Below, piece by piece: positions 1-13,240 of a stretch of DNA of 64,000 nucleotides. The DNA is from Callorhinchus milii. Lineage: Eukaryota. Under the pieces are notes generated by a model, which was not told the DNA's origin, made no database searches, and saw only the letters and a list, made by a program, of their open reading frames with translations. A program made the translations under genes and the position numbers. The stretch is from positions 53,012,001-53,076,000 of the forward strand of contig NW_024704743.1 in the NCBI RefSeq assembly GCF_018977255.1, read 5' to 3'. Position 1 is the first letter of the stretch. Each line of letters begins with the position of its first letter.

Positions 1-1972
1 TTCTGGTCTCCGGTTCCAATTGCATTCACTTTAGAATGCTTAATAAGAAGAGACATATTTGGGAAGTAAGAGTATTAAGGGATATGGATGAAAAAAGCAA
101 GAGATAAAAATCTGCCCTGATCTAATATAATGATAAACTAGTTCAATTAGCCAAATTAATTTTAACAAGTTGCATTGTTATAACACTCTTCACATAGGGC
201 AACATTTCCGAGCGCTTGAATTACTACAGTTCCTATGCTTTTCAGTTCAACAATCAGTTAAGCAGCTGACCCAGATTGGCAGCCTTTTTACCACTTTAAT
301 GAATTGATCAAAAAGAAATGGGCATTATGATTTAGAAAAAAACAGAATTATAATTATGGTTCCAAACCGATTGCTCCTTGAGCTCAGTTTGCCTGGAAAG
401 AGTTTTCACACATTGCTCCCGAGGCTGGGAATTAATTATAGCTAACAACATCTAAGGTACTATGAAGTACTTCAATACTACCCAAAATGGGCTTTTACTT
501 CCAATGCTACACCTCATTAAAATACTGACAAGTTTTCTCATTTTGGCAGTTTTTCTTCTACATGTAAATATGTGCTAATTTCTTTAGCAATGCTGAACCT
601 CCCCTCAACATGTACCTATTCAATTGTAGTATTGGGATAACAGGCAAACACCATTGAACATAGCTGATGCACCCTCAATTCTGCAGCCTCCTACATCCAT
701 GGATTTTTGGATTGATAAATAGTACTCAAACTTCAACATGGGAAAACACATAAATAGGATCGTCCCAATTTATGACGTTACCTATATTGAGTTTTAAAAA
801 AATTAAAAACCTGAATCTTGCAAATTGTTTTTAATAGCACAGGTCAAGTTTGGAGTACTAAATACTTCAAGTAACTCTTCCCATGGATGCTATTTATTAG
901 CTCCTGAATACAATTTATTAGATCATTACATTCCACTACAAGGCCTACAATGAACAAACCCAAGTGTGCTCACCGATGAATATTAAGTGCTTTCAACTGT
1001 GCTATTACTGCAACAGACCGGTCAGCTGGTGGCATCTGTTCCCACTGGTGAGCAGATAAATACTTGGATTTGCTGGGGCAGCATGATTCTATTTTATCTG
1101 AAAGCTGATTAACTTGGAGTATTTTTTTCTCAGAGGATTTCCAGGAGCTTTGGCTTCAGTTGCAATCTGTCACCTTTGTAATTCTCTCAACAAGGTCAAT
1201 GCCATCACATCTGCTCTCGCCTATTTAACTCTCCCTCAAAGCAGTTGTCCGCTTTTCACATATATTTTGCAAAACAAAGCTCCTTTTACAGCTTCAACAG
1301 TAACAATGTTAAAAATCTCATTAAAAATACCCTGTGTCCTGATTGAAGTTCAATTGTTCATCTTATCAGCAAGGCATCCTGTTCACTAATCCACTGCAGA
1401 CAGATAGATAAACATCAATGGCAGTAAAGAGAAATATAAACCTGCTTCCGCCTGTCTTTGCTTACCAAAATGCGATTGAAGAAGTTGTCATTGTGAAACG
1501 TTAAAAACAAACAAAAGTATACTGTATCTCCAATTTCATCCAGTACAAAAGAATCCGTCTCCACACAGATAATACCTCCCAAGTTCTCCCAACAAATCCA
1601 AACACAAACAAAACGGAAATTATTGGCTGTATACACACACACACACCTACTTGATGTAGTTTAATAGTCAACCAGGTATAATCCCAATACATATGTATGC
1701 ACATCTCTCATAATTACTGCACTGGCGCGAGTAAGATTGAGTACTGGTCCTAAGAACTGTCGCAGGTTAGCTCAGCAGTGAATTCACAACGTCGCTTCTA
1801 AAGTCTTTCTCCTTCCCTTCCAAAGCTGGAGAGCTAGCTCCCACCCACCAAGAGATCCAGCATGGTCACATGGCACAGCATAGAAAATAAATCCAACCCA
1901 TTATAAAATTAAGCAATGCTTCACCAAATACTGCACAGACTGAAGGGATTTTTCTGTTTGTCTATTCCCAAT

Positions 1973-2135
1973 ATAATAATAATTCTTGCATTTGATATAG
2001 TGGCTTATCACATTGTTGAGACTTTTCAAAGCACTTCACAGGATATACTGTAAAGTGAATTGATTGTATTTTGTGGGTGAACCAATTTTTATTTTGGTGA
2101 TTGTTGGCCAGGACCCTGGAAGAAACTCCCAGAGA
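1973..2135 (-). mobile_element. Older Deu-domain SINE 3' fragment
   Basis: Reverse-complement tail (AAT)n-TTCTTGCATTTGATATAG...AAAGCACTTCACAGGATATACTGTAAAGTGAATTG, a diverged version of the adjacent young SINE tail. Confidence 0.7.
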
Positions 2136-2146
2136 TAGATTGTTGG

Positions 2147-2464
2147 AATAATAATAAATAATAATCCTTGCATTTGATATAGCGCTTTTCACGTCGGGAG
2201 GACGTCCCAAAGCGCTTCACAGAACACACTGTAAAGTGAATTGACTGTATATTTGTGGGCGAACGCAGCAGCCAATTGCGCACAGCAATGTCCCACAAAC
2301 AGTCGTAGATTGAAAATGACCAATTTATTATTGTTTTCGATGGATTATTATTAGGCTCTGTGTGGAGTAAGGAAACTTGGCCAAGGTTTTGCCCTGCCGG
2401 GAATTGAACTCAGGTCTCTCGCTTGCAAAGCGAGTGCTCTAATCACTGAGCTACAGGACTCCAC
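2147..2464 (-). mobile_element. Full-length young tRNA-Ala(TGC)-derived SINE with Deu-like core and L2-type tail
   Basis: Minus strand reads GTGGAGTCCTGTAGCTCAGTGATTAGAGCACTCGC-TTTGCAA-GCGAGAGACCTGAGTTCAATTCC (A box, anticodon arm TGC, B box), then GTGGGACATTGCTGTGCGCAATTGGCTGC, then the tail GCGCTTTGGGACGTCCTCCCGACGTGAAAAGCGCTATATCAAATGCAAGG(ATT)n. Nearly identical copies at 27.2, 34.8 and 55.4 kb. Confidence 0.93.
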
Positions 2465-2529
2465 GATCCACTCAATCACATTTTGGTAAGCAAAGACAGG
2501 CGGAAGGAAGCAAGTTTATATTCCTATTA

Positions 2530-2998
2530 TAGGAATATAATATGCCTTCTCTCCCTGGAGGGACGCATCCTGCTTACCTAATTCCGGAAAGTATTAGGCG
2601 CAGGTTGGCAAGAGCCAAGGTTTGGGGACCCCAGAGTGTGCGTTGGGGTACTGCTGGAGTCCAAACAGCTAAAACCACAAAGCTCGCCAATGATATTGCT
2701 ATCTGGCAAGCTTTCCTGCTGCTTATCCAACTAGGACTACCCTACCCATTAGGGCTTTGCCTTGCAGGGCTAACAGGAGCTGAGTGGGATGATTCCCTAC
2801 CCCCAATGACTGGTTCGCCCTTCCAAGTCCTACCAATGAGCCAGGCTGGCTGTGCTATCTTAGCGGGGTCTTGAAATACTGCAGACCCACCCAGCTCAGG
2901 AACTGGACTTGAGACCATTACTGAGGGCTGACTCATCCGACATTCTGTTGCCAGGCATGTCACCTTGAAGCCACTTCAGCTCCAAGGAGACCCCACTT
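2530..2998 (-). repeat. Copy of unclassified ~600-bp dispersed repeat (family X), lacking its poly(A) end
   Basis: Colinear with 60813-61408 and the reverse complement of 49212-49770; shared motifs include CCATTAGGGCTTTG, CTGGCAAGCTTTC and GGCATGTCACCTTG. Confidence 0.85.
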
Positions 2999-3310
2999 AT
3001 AAAGTGAAATGATTGTGTATCAATGCCATATATAGGCCAGATGACAATGACAGATTGCCTGCAGTGAGCTGTCTGTCTACTGATCTTGAACATTTGAATG
3101 TTCTTCTGTACGGCCATTACCCAACAAATGTTGGCGGTAATACTTGCATATTCAAAGCAGTTCCCACATTATTTTGTCTTAAGCATCAGGTGCGCAATGT
3201 CCCATTAAATACAAGTGCAATTATTTCTTATATAATTCTTTGAGTTGTTTTGACACGACAAAGATATAAAAAGGCAAGTTCTTTGTTTTTTCCCCCAAAG
3301 TAGTACTTAC

Positions 3311-3505
3311 CGTTGTAAAGCACTTAATAAAGATGGTTAAATCAAATCCACTGTTACAAAGTGGCACCATGTGAATTTATGCCTGCGAGCCTCTGACTTG
3401 AATGTCCCCATTAATAGGCACAGAGATCCACAGGAAGGGAATTTGCACGTTAATTTTGAATGCTGCCCCATGCACTTCTGGTCTAGCTGCAGTATCATGA
3501 AGAAC
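3311..3505 (-). other. Candidate exon (probably non-coding/5' UTR) of the minus-strand gene
   Basis: Acceptor cttgctcctAG and consensus donor ACG|GTAAGT in unique sequence; no frame is open across the whole exon. Confidence 0.35.
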
Positions 3506-4539
3506 CTAGGAGCAAGTCAGCTGCCTGTATCCTCAGTCTGGATGATGAAAATTGCAAGAAAATGCATTTTACATTAAACAAGTGTGTGATGAAACTGGTC
3601 AAAGCAATTGCTCAATTATAGGTTATCAGTCAGAACAGTACATTGGAAACCTGCAACCAAGGACAGTCAATAGACTGGTTGAGTTTGCATTATTATTAAT
3701 AATAATACGTACATTTAATATAGAGTCTTTTATGCCAGGAGGACATCTCAAAACGCTTCAAAGGATATACTGTGGAATGGAGTAACTGTATTTTTAGGCA
3801 AACTTATCAGTGAGGTGATTCCATTAATTTGTCATCTTCAACAATAATTTGCACTTTTTCAACCTTTCACTTAGCGAGAACAAACAGATGATACATACAG
3901 GCAACCAGCTCACAGGTTCCTCTTGATAGTGCTGTTAGAACAGAAGAGCACAGGGATATAATTCTAAATTAGCATGCAAATTGGCGTCCTGTGGGGAAAT
4001 TCCATTCTCTGCACCTACTTATGAGAACATTCAATTCACAACACCTTACGATCTATCTACAGTCAGATTGAGGGGACAAGAAAGTTCCAGGTAGGAATGG
4101 CAAAGCGGCAAAATTATTTTAAGAGGAGAATGTCTTCATAATGTCTTCTTGCAAAAGTTGGAACGGACAGGCAGATATTTATCTGCACATTCATTCAATT
4201 AATTTGCAGTCTTAACAAAGCAGATTAAACGAAAATGTTCCAATATAACCAAACAAGAGCAGAAGATGCCTAATCTCCAGGTTATCAGACAATAAGAACT
4301 CTAATCTCAACTGACAATTTCAAAAGGTAAAAGAGGAAATTGCTTTCCAGAGAATCAGCAGAAAGCATAAATCCAAAAAACAAACACCACTGACCTGCCA
4401 GTTAGCGCAAAATCTGAACAAAGTCAGTCAAGAAAAACTGTAGGCTTAACTGATCAAACAGCCTAGCATTAGGAGGGGAAAGACATTATGAGGGGAAAGT
4501 CATAGTATTTTTCTCGATAACAAGAGAATAATTCCTTAC

Positions 4540-4639
4540 AGTCAGATCTCTAACATCATGCTTCATTCAGGCTTGTTGATGTTTTCTTCAGCACTTCATC
4601 TGTGGCCTGTACAGCCACCTTGGATGCAGGGCTCCAGGT
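4540..4639 (-). other. Candidate exon of the minus-strand gene
   Basis: Acceptor tcttgtttggttAG and donor ACT|GTAAGG; 100 nt; one frame reads TWSPASKVAVQATDEVLKKTSTSLNEA*, not recognised. Confidence 0.25.
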
Positions 4640-6682
4640 CTAACCAAACAAGATTTCCTCATCAATAAAGAAGATACAGGATATTAAAAGCTTGAATTAA
4701 ATGTTGCAGTAATAAAATCATGGTTACACAAATGGTATTTATTGATGAAAACCACTGATTAAAGAGCTAGCCCATCTGCTGAGTTAGTTTGCTGCACAGC
4801 TTCAATTCTTCATAACAGTAACCTAATTTGAACACATTGTACACCAAGGAGCTGGAGATGCTATAGCTGTAATAACAATTGACTGATTACATTTCCTTTG
4901 ACAAATGATGGGGACTACAATTGGTGACAGTGTGTAGCATTAATTTGCATTTAAGAAAAATACAGGATAACTGTTCTACATATTTACTGCTAGTTTTTTA
5001 TTGGGAGTTGGGGGAAGGAGAAATAAAAAGTGTCCCGTTTAAAATTAGGACACGTCTCAGCATCAATAGGTGTCTCTAGCAATCATTGGTGTAGAGGGAG
5101 AAGCACAAGGGGCTGGGGAGGAAAGTCCCCTTTCTCTCTCTCCTTCCCTCTATTAAAAAGCAATTCAAAACCATGATAATGCTTGCAGAAACAGAATCAA
5201 ATTTCAGTTCCAGCTGTGTCTACCTTTTCTTTGCCTTTTCAGTTCAATTAGGGTAGGATAAACAATTGCTGCTCATGTGAACATTTTGTTCTGGACAGCA
5301 AATTATTTTTAATTCCGCATTTGTGTATCTTTTGTAATCTAATTAAATTTCTCATTCGTAGGCTCTAATGCCAGTCGACTGTTTGCACTTCTAGAATTTA
5401 CCTGATCTTGAAGAGCAATTGGCCACGGTTATTTATCTTTTCAAAAGTGAATGGTGCCGGTAGGGTTTAAACCAGGTTTAGATTGTGAAGCCTTCAGCAA
5501 TACTTGTGCAGCCTAAATTCTGCATTTAGTAGGACACTGTACAAGAACAAACTAGATTATTGCACTTTAAATGCAACACTGAAATAAAGCTTCTCACCAA
5601 TTTCAACACATTCTAATACTGTGCCCTCAAAAAGCAGTTCTAACTAATTAGGCATTCAATTCAAAACTGTCGTAATAATCCTTGCATTTGATATGGCACT
5701 TGTAACAAAATATCTCAAAGAGTAATTCGCTCTCAATTGTAGTCACTATTGGTAGACATATGCAAGACCAATTTGTGCACAGCAAGTTCCCACGAAAGGG
5801 CCATGAAGTAAAAAAAACAATTTATCTAGAGGACTGTTGCGCAGGATGCAATTTGGAATTCACCTTTTTTTTTGTGGGAACGGATGAGGGCAGTTTTGTG
5901 TTGTGGACTCTTGTCTAGAGGAAAGAAGAGCAAGATTACCCAGTGAGTCCCATGAGCACCCTAAACAGCACGAAAAATGATCGTCCCATCTGTAAAGGGC
6001 CAGATTTACAGCCATGGGCCCATTGTTTCTATTTCTTTAAATTACTAACAAATCAAATACGGTGAACATAGATTGTCAGTCAAAGAATAACTGAAGTCTA
6101 TAGGGCACTCAATTATTGACTTTCAAGTAAATTTTATTCTGGAATCAGATTAGCACCATGTTGGCCACTGTGGTCACTGCCTTGCTTTATAGCAAGGAAC
6201 ACGATGTCCAAATTGCAAATTGCTCCAAGGATCAGCCCAGCATCTCAGACCATTCCAATCCAGAGGGAGAACACACACTGACATTTGGTTCCATACACAA
6301 TTTCCTAATTCAGAAACTAATTTAGTAATTTACGCATGAGGTGCACAAATAATTTGACTGAAAATACATGCGTAACATTATCAAAATGTTTCCAAAGCCA
6401 AATGAAAGAAAAATCTCAATTTCTCAAATGGAAAGCAAATTAAGAGAAATGCATTTGAAAACCTCGAGTTCAGAATGAGAAAATAAGTAAACTCACCCAA
6501 ACCAAAGCTCAGTCCTACAACAGTCCTACAACTCATCTAAAATGAGTTTGGATTTCTCATGATACTTTTATTTGGTCCAACCCAATTACCAAGAATGTGA
6601 CTTGAAACTAACTTCTCATCACTAACACATTAACACCATTGAAATTTCCTAAAACTGCATTGTAGAAGTTTGTGACCACACT

Positions 6683-7324
6683 CAACAACAACAACAACAA
6701 GATTCCATTTATAAAGCGCCTTTCACGTCAGGAGGACGTCCCAAGGCGCTGCACAGTTGGGTCATGACCCGAGCAGGGGGGAAATGGTCAGGGTGAGGGG
6801 AGGGAAGGGAGGGAGCGAGGAGATGGTCAGGGTGAGGGAAGGGAGGGAGCAAGGAAGGGGGAAATGGTCAGGGTGAGGGGAGGGAAGGGAGGGAGCGAGG
6901 ACGGGGAAGAGAGTCGAGAGGGGAGCTGAAGGCACGGTCAAAGAGAAAGGTTTTGAGACCGGCCTTGAAGGAGGAAAGGGAGGAGGCGGCGAAGGCACTG
7001 GGGGATGGAGTTCCAGAGCCTGGGGGCTGAGAGGCTGAAGGCCCGACCACCGATGGTAGAGCGGTTGGGGCGGGGAATGTGGAGCAGACCGGAGCCAGAG
7101 GAACGGAGGGTACGGGCAGGTAGGTAGGGGGATAGTAGGTTGGAGAGGTAGGAGGGAGCAAGGCCGTGAATGGCCTTGTAGGTGAGGATGAGGATCTTGA
7201 AATCAATCCTCTGGGGGATGGGGAGCCAGTGGAGGCGAGCGAGGGTGGGAGTGATCTGGTCCCGAAGCCTGGTGCGGGACAGTACACGAGCTGCAGAGTT
7301 CTGAATGACCTGCAGCTTGTGGAG
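6683..7324 (-). mobile_element. Young 5'-truncated L2 LINE (ORF2 C-terminus, 3' UTR, (TTG)n tail)
   Basis: Near-identical reverse complement of ~22690-23333; encodes the ...ARLHWLPIPQRIDFKILILTYKA... region and ends in GACGTGAAAGGCGCTTTATAAATGGAATC(TTG)n. Confidence 0.93.
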
Positions 7325-7544
7325 ATAGAAACCCCAACATCAACTGCAATACTGTTCTGTACAGCCTGTTTGTGGACACATCCAGAGTATCAGAAGGTTT
7401 CAGATTCCATCCTTAGTTTAAGATAGTCATGTTCCCTTGGCCAGGAGACAGGGGGGGGGAACAAATTTTTGTTTGTGTCGAACAAAAATGCCAATTCAAG
7501 TGCAGGACTAAACTAGTGATCCTCTTCATCTAGGTTCACATATA

Positions 7545-8250
7545 TCTCAGCCTGGCTTGCCTCCAAATCAGAAGATTGTGAGCTCAAGTCTAAGTCAGGA
7601 TTTCAAACTCATATTATCTAGATTGACACTCCAATGCAGTGTTTGGGGTCTGCTGCACTGTTTGAGATACCGTCCTTCGGGTGAGATGGCAAAGCAAGGT
7701 CCAAGTGGAGGTTAAAGATCCTATAGTGCTTTAGAAGTATCTCCTTGTGTCCTGACCAACAATCTTCCAAATTAAATTGTTTTATTTCAATCACTGCATG
7801 GCTGTTTGTGGGACATGGATATCCACAAATTAGCTGCCTCATTCACCTACAGAATACATAGTCATTACACTTTACAATATACCCTGTGTAGCGCTTTGAA
7901 ACATAATATAATAATAATCCTTGCATTTAATATAGCGGTTTTCATGTCTTCTAGATGCCTCAAAGTGCTTCACAGAATATACTGTAAAGTGAATCGACCG
8001 TATATTTGTGGGTGAAACGCAGCAACCAATTGCGCACAGCAATGTCCCACAAACAGTCGTGCATTGACCAATTTATTATTGTTTTTATTTTTTGAGGGAT
8101 TAGTATCCGGCGTGTGGAGTAAGAAAACTTACCCAAGGTTTTGCCCTGCCGGGAATCAAACCCAGGTTTCTCGCTTGCAAGGCAAGCGCTCTAACCACTG
8201 AGCAACATCCTCCCAACTTGAAAGGTGCTATATGAAACGTAAGGATTATT
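7545..8250 (+). mobile_element. Old Deu-domain SINE interrupted by a younger SINE
   Basis: Deu-like core TGACACTCCAATGCAGT...TGCTGCACTGTTTGAGATACCGTCCTTCGGGTGAGATG; the tail resumes at 8204 (AACATCCTCCC...GAAAGGTGCTATATG...GGATTATTA) after the nested insertion. Confidence 0.7.
7905..8203 (-). mobile_element. tRNA-derived SINE nested in the older SINE
   Basis: Same head, body and tail as 2147-2464; AACAT is present at both junctions (possible TSD). Confidence 0.88.
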
Positions 8251-9289
8251 AGCAATTATACAAAAGCAAGGCCATTTTGGCTGACATCAGTATCTTCCCC
8301 TACCTTATTGACCACAAATTCTCAACAAACTCACACCCTCTAACCTTGTTATTTAACATTCACAAGGGTGCACGTTTTTTAGAATGATTTCACCAGGTAC
8401 AACCATATAACAGGAACAAAGATAGCCTTTTGACTACTCCTGGCATCAATACGGCTAGAGACCAGCATGAATCAAAGCCATGAGAGGATGGGAGGAATAG
8501 AGAAATTGGAAGAGGAAAACTTCCAGGCAATTTAGTTGAGGGTTTTGACTCCCAACACCAATAAATACAGCTACAATCATGGCCTTTTATCACCCCAGAC
8601 TATTTGTTCATAGTTAACCAAGAAAGCAGAACCAAAAGAGTATAAATGGAAAAACTCTCTCTCTGATAAATGGCAAGGATAATCTGGAATGAAAGGCTAT
8701 CAGAGACAACAGCGACAGAGTTATTCACAATGCTATTCAAGGCCAATGATAGGAGTTAACAGATAAACAAATCCTAGGTCAGAAACTCTATCCAAAGTAA
8801 CAGTCCCCTACTATCCATTGTAGGAGGTGTTAAACTAAATCTACGTTTTGGTTCTTAGTAAATGGTTGTACATAAGGAGAATGGAGAGGGTCACACACTA
8901 ACAGGGGTTCACTGTTATGGGGAAAAAGCTGCAAATGCTCTACCCTCACAAAGCTGAGTTTGTTTCACAAATAGCTAACTCGTGTGAAATTTTATGAACA
9001 CTAGCTTAACGCTGTCAGGTTGGATTGACAGTTTCTTCAACTTCATCCCCATAACAGATGTGAGCATCTGTTACAATGGCTGTGCCCTCCTCCTATAGCC
9101 TTCATTTAATACCTCGATTTTAAGAACTCAAGCACAGGGGTGAAAATTACAGTCAAAGCAGTCGATACACTATGGCACAATTTTTGGGCTTCAAAGTGTT
9201 TGGTAGTTGTCTTTGGAGATACAGTTTCGGGTGATTTTTGTTTAACTCAATCTGATTTATTTAATTTGTTTAATTCAACAGGCAGACAA

Positions 9290-9420
9290 GACCTCAGTTT
9301 ATCATCTCATCCGAAGGAAGACACCTGCAACATTGCAGCACACCCCCAGCATTTCTCTGCAGCGTCAGCCTAGACTATGGGGTTTGAACCCACAACTTCC
9401 CAACTCAATGATGAGAGCCA
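9290..9420 (-). mobile_element. Old Deu-domain SINE fragment
   Basis: CATCTCATCCGAAGGAAGACACC...TGCAGCACACCCCCAG...TGCAGCGTCAGCCTAG is the reverse complement of the Deu core seen at 59.9 kb. Confidence 0.65.
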
Positions 9421-12400
9421 GGCTTCCACAATAGGGATAAGGTAATGGGATAAGGTTTCTATCTTAGTCTGAATGTTATTGAGGCATGATCTCAATGGAC
9501 TGAAGTTTTATACTATTATTTCCAGGATATACCAGTAGATATAGCTTATTGTTTGAAAATGATTGGACAAAGCCCAGCTCTTTCAACAGATATGTGCCCT
9601 ATTGAATTATAGATGAACTCTCTATTCCACCACAAAACCAAGCCAAAATAAAATCACAATGCATTTGTCAGGGGTAATCTAACTCATCTCACACACAAAA
9701 ATCTGAAATACTATTAATACTTGTCATCAAATCTAGGTTATTAAATCAGCTAGGCATGTTGTACGGATGAATTATGCACAGCCATATCCTTTATAATAAC
9801 ATAAAATCCACTTAGGTATTTTGATAAATCTATCTCACCAATAAGCAAATTTCTCTACAAACTCGATTGCATTAATTCTGCATACAGAATTCTGCACATG
9901 TTACGCATCTGTATAACAGGATGTCACAGAATATATTATCCACAAAATTAACTCATCATTTTCCAATACAAGACAATGGAGTACAATACCCATCTGCAAA
10001 GATCACTCGATGTTGCAGAGACCCAGAATACTGATAAACACATTCTTAAACGTTCAAACTTTTTTTTCAAAAAGTATCCATTATTTAAGAAACTTGGGCA
10101 GTGCGTTAGACATTTGGCCTCGACAGCAAGGTTAACCTGAGCAGGAATCAGCACCTGATCTCCACCCCTTCCACTACCAATGAAAATCTTCACTCGAGGA
10201 GGTTATTAAGGTTAGAAACGTAAGGCATATTACTACAGATGGAAGTTTTATCCTGAATCTAACTGACAGGGGTTCTATTGTGACTTGGCACGGAGGATGG
10301 AAGAAATGAGGGAGGAGGGGGATATACTTCAATGACTAAATCTTGCAGAACTTCTCTCCCCCCCCGCCGCCCACCACCACCTTGACGACCATAACATTTC
10401 TTTCCCAAAGCTATTGCCAACAGAATAATTAGCCCTTAAAAATGAGTTTTTACATACCTGTCAGTGTTTTTAAAAAAATTAACGAGTACAGCCATATCCA
10501 TCTCACCCAGTTTTTGGGCAGAACTATTTCAAATGACAATATATTTCGGCACAGTTTTTGTGCTACTGATAAGCATGACGTTTGGTCAACATGCTAACAA
10601 CTGGCCCAATTCTGGCCTGATTAACCTTTTGGGAGGACACATCTTCCTGATGTTGCAGAATGTTTGGTCCAGACTAGAACATGTTCATCCACCCCACTGG
10701 TGTGCATGGCTTTCGGCTGTACTGTCCGCCTGATGTGAAAGGCGCTCTATAAATGTAAATTGGTATTGTATTGAACTAAATCACGAAATACAAGTTGCCA
10801 AGTTTCCTCCCCAGCCCACAAGACAGGACGTCAATCAGTGTTGATTTTAAACACTAAATTGTATGAGTTTTTTTTTAACTTCTGAACCATCCAGAGGGAT
10901 TGCACTGGCCTTTCCCAGTCTTGTCTGTGCTTTGGGGTGTCTAAGGTTAATGGCAAAAATTAGAGTTACATTATAGTGATTCTAATTCTACTTTAAATCC
11001 TTGCCACACACTTGGTCCAAGGAAGATCAGATACGCTTGCTTAAGCCTTTGAGCTCAACACTCATAAGGAAAAAAAAACCCTGATCCTTAAGAGTCAAAG
11101 TGGATGCACATCAGCAAATGTTCCTTAACATTATTGACTCAGTATTCTCAGTACTGAAGGCAATAATACTTGTCCAACCATAGCTTAATTCAGTATACAC
11201 CCACTTGCACTGTTCAGGAGACCATTTTTTCAAGCTTAATACCACTCAACCACCCACTTTGAGGAGTGCAAAAGCAGGCGAAGGTGGCTCTTTGTCTAGT
11301 TTTCTGTGTGCATGTGTGTATGCATGTGCATATGTATGTGTGTGTCTGTGTGTGCGTGTGTAGGGGGAGGAGGGGAAAAAGTAGGAAGAACTGCTTAACC
11401 CCCTCATCTCCGGGTAATACTGTACTTTCCTGACAACACAGCCACGATTATGTGGGGCAAATGAAAGTGTTAATCTTCATCTCCCACTATATGTTGTATA
11501 GTTGCCCAGTATTAATGTACTTCCTGAACAGCCAGACATAAATACACTACACTGTATCTATGAACAGGCAAATATTCACTAACTTGCATTTATACAGCAT
11601 GCCTCATGCGGGGAAGCATCTCAGAGCACTTAAAACACTACACTATATCAATGTGCAGTCAGGGATTCACTGTATCAACATATAAGGTGACGCAATGCAT
11701 GTATTCACTGTATTAATGCATAAGTAGTGATTTATTCTACAGCAATTAATTCATTTTAAACATAATAGGGTCAGCAACTGATCAGGGATCAAATCCACAA
11801 TAATCTTGTAGAGAACTAATTAAGCTCCTTAAATTTATTGATTTATATGGTTTCACTCAAACCTAGAAGTATTGTTCAAAATTACAAGTCAATTTTTTAA
11901 AAATGACAGAAAAGCCAGCATACAGAAAAAGTTAAAAACAAAGTTTATGAATATTCACTTAAGAAACCATGTGTTGAGTTCCACATCAATGTTTAAGTAA
12001 ATCATGGAACAGGCTCCCAAGGGAGACAGTGGAAGCAGAAAGTGTTGATTCTTTCTAAAGCAAATTGGATAAGATTTCTTTTAGAAAATAATATCTTGGG
12101 ATACAGTATATATTTTGGGACATGACAAGTGCATGCAACTGCAAATGTTTTTTCCCATAAACAGGAATCCCAATTTTCATCAGTCTCAAGGAGTGAAACC
12201 CAACTACTCCAATTTAAAGATTTTGGTTCATTCAGTTGCTGTGCTTTTCAGGCTACAAGCAACGTTAACATTTTTGCTTTGCCTTCAGATGAGGCCCAGA
12301 ATTTTCATCCAAACAACCCAATTCTGCACCTGCAATACCATTCCAAATGGTACTTTGAAACATATTAATTCTTTGTAGCAGCTTCCACAGTCATCCACCA

Positions 12401-13127
12401 ATACCTCCTTTTCTTGTCGACTGGTAATGAAAGTTTATTAAGTTCGCAGTTCCTTATGTAAAGCAGTTGAATACAGCAAGAGACAGCTTGAAGCCAGGAG
12501 CAGAGAAATATGCACACGGAGATAAGAACTAGAAACAAAATCAATTGAACTCACTAAAAAAAGTTAAACCTGTTTAAGGTGTTAATAATTCCACCTTTTC
12601 TGAAGATCCAAAGTATGATGGACAAGTCACCCTCGAAATCAGTGTTCCATGCATTGTCAAAAACACGCAAGGACTTGTAGAACTGCTAGAAATGGACACT
12701 GGAAGATTGTAGCCATCTCAAACATTGGTGGAAATATACACTTGGAAGATTGCAGTTGACATCAGAGACTCCAGAAATGCCAGTACAAATTACATCTAAG
12801 CCAAACATGATCACATCTCTTTTTCAAAAGGGCACCAGTTTCGTTTGATCATACAACTTGTTGTTACTGGTTTGAAATGTGAATGTAACTCACTTATTGC
12901 TTCTTTTTATGTCTCGGTTGTCTTGGGTGAAAAAAAAGGCAGATTCTCCTATTCCAACAATGTCTTCAAGTCACCCCTTTATCCTCTTTGTAATTCTTTC
13001 TATAGCGTCTTGTGGCAGAACCTGTGAAACAGCAATAAAGAAGACACAAATTGAATTTGGTAGCCAGAAGTTACAAAGTGTTTGACAACTCAAACCATTT
13101 TCGCCTGGTACTGCAAGGAGTCTGTTC

Positions 13128-13240
13128 AATAATAATAATCCTTGCATTTGGTATTGTGCCTTGCATGTCAGAAGGACATCCCAAAGCACTTCACAGGATT
13201 TTACTATGAAGTAGAGTGACTGTATATTTGTGGGCGAACA
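13128..13240 (-). mobile_element. SINE 3' tail fragment
   Basis: (AAT)n CCTTGCATTTG...GGACATCCCAAAGCACTTCACAGG. Confidence 0.7.

Noticed and set aside
12590..12800. Possible minus-strand coding exon (QFYKSLRVFDNAWNTDFE)
   Set aside because: Splice sites are mediocre and the peptide is not recognised; support is insufficient.
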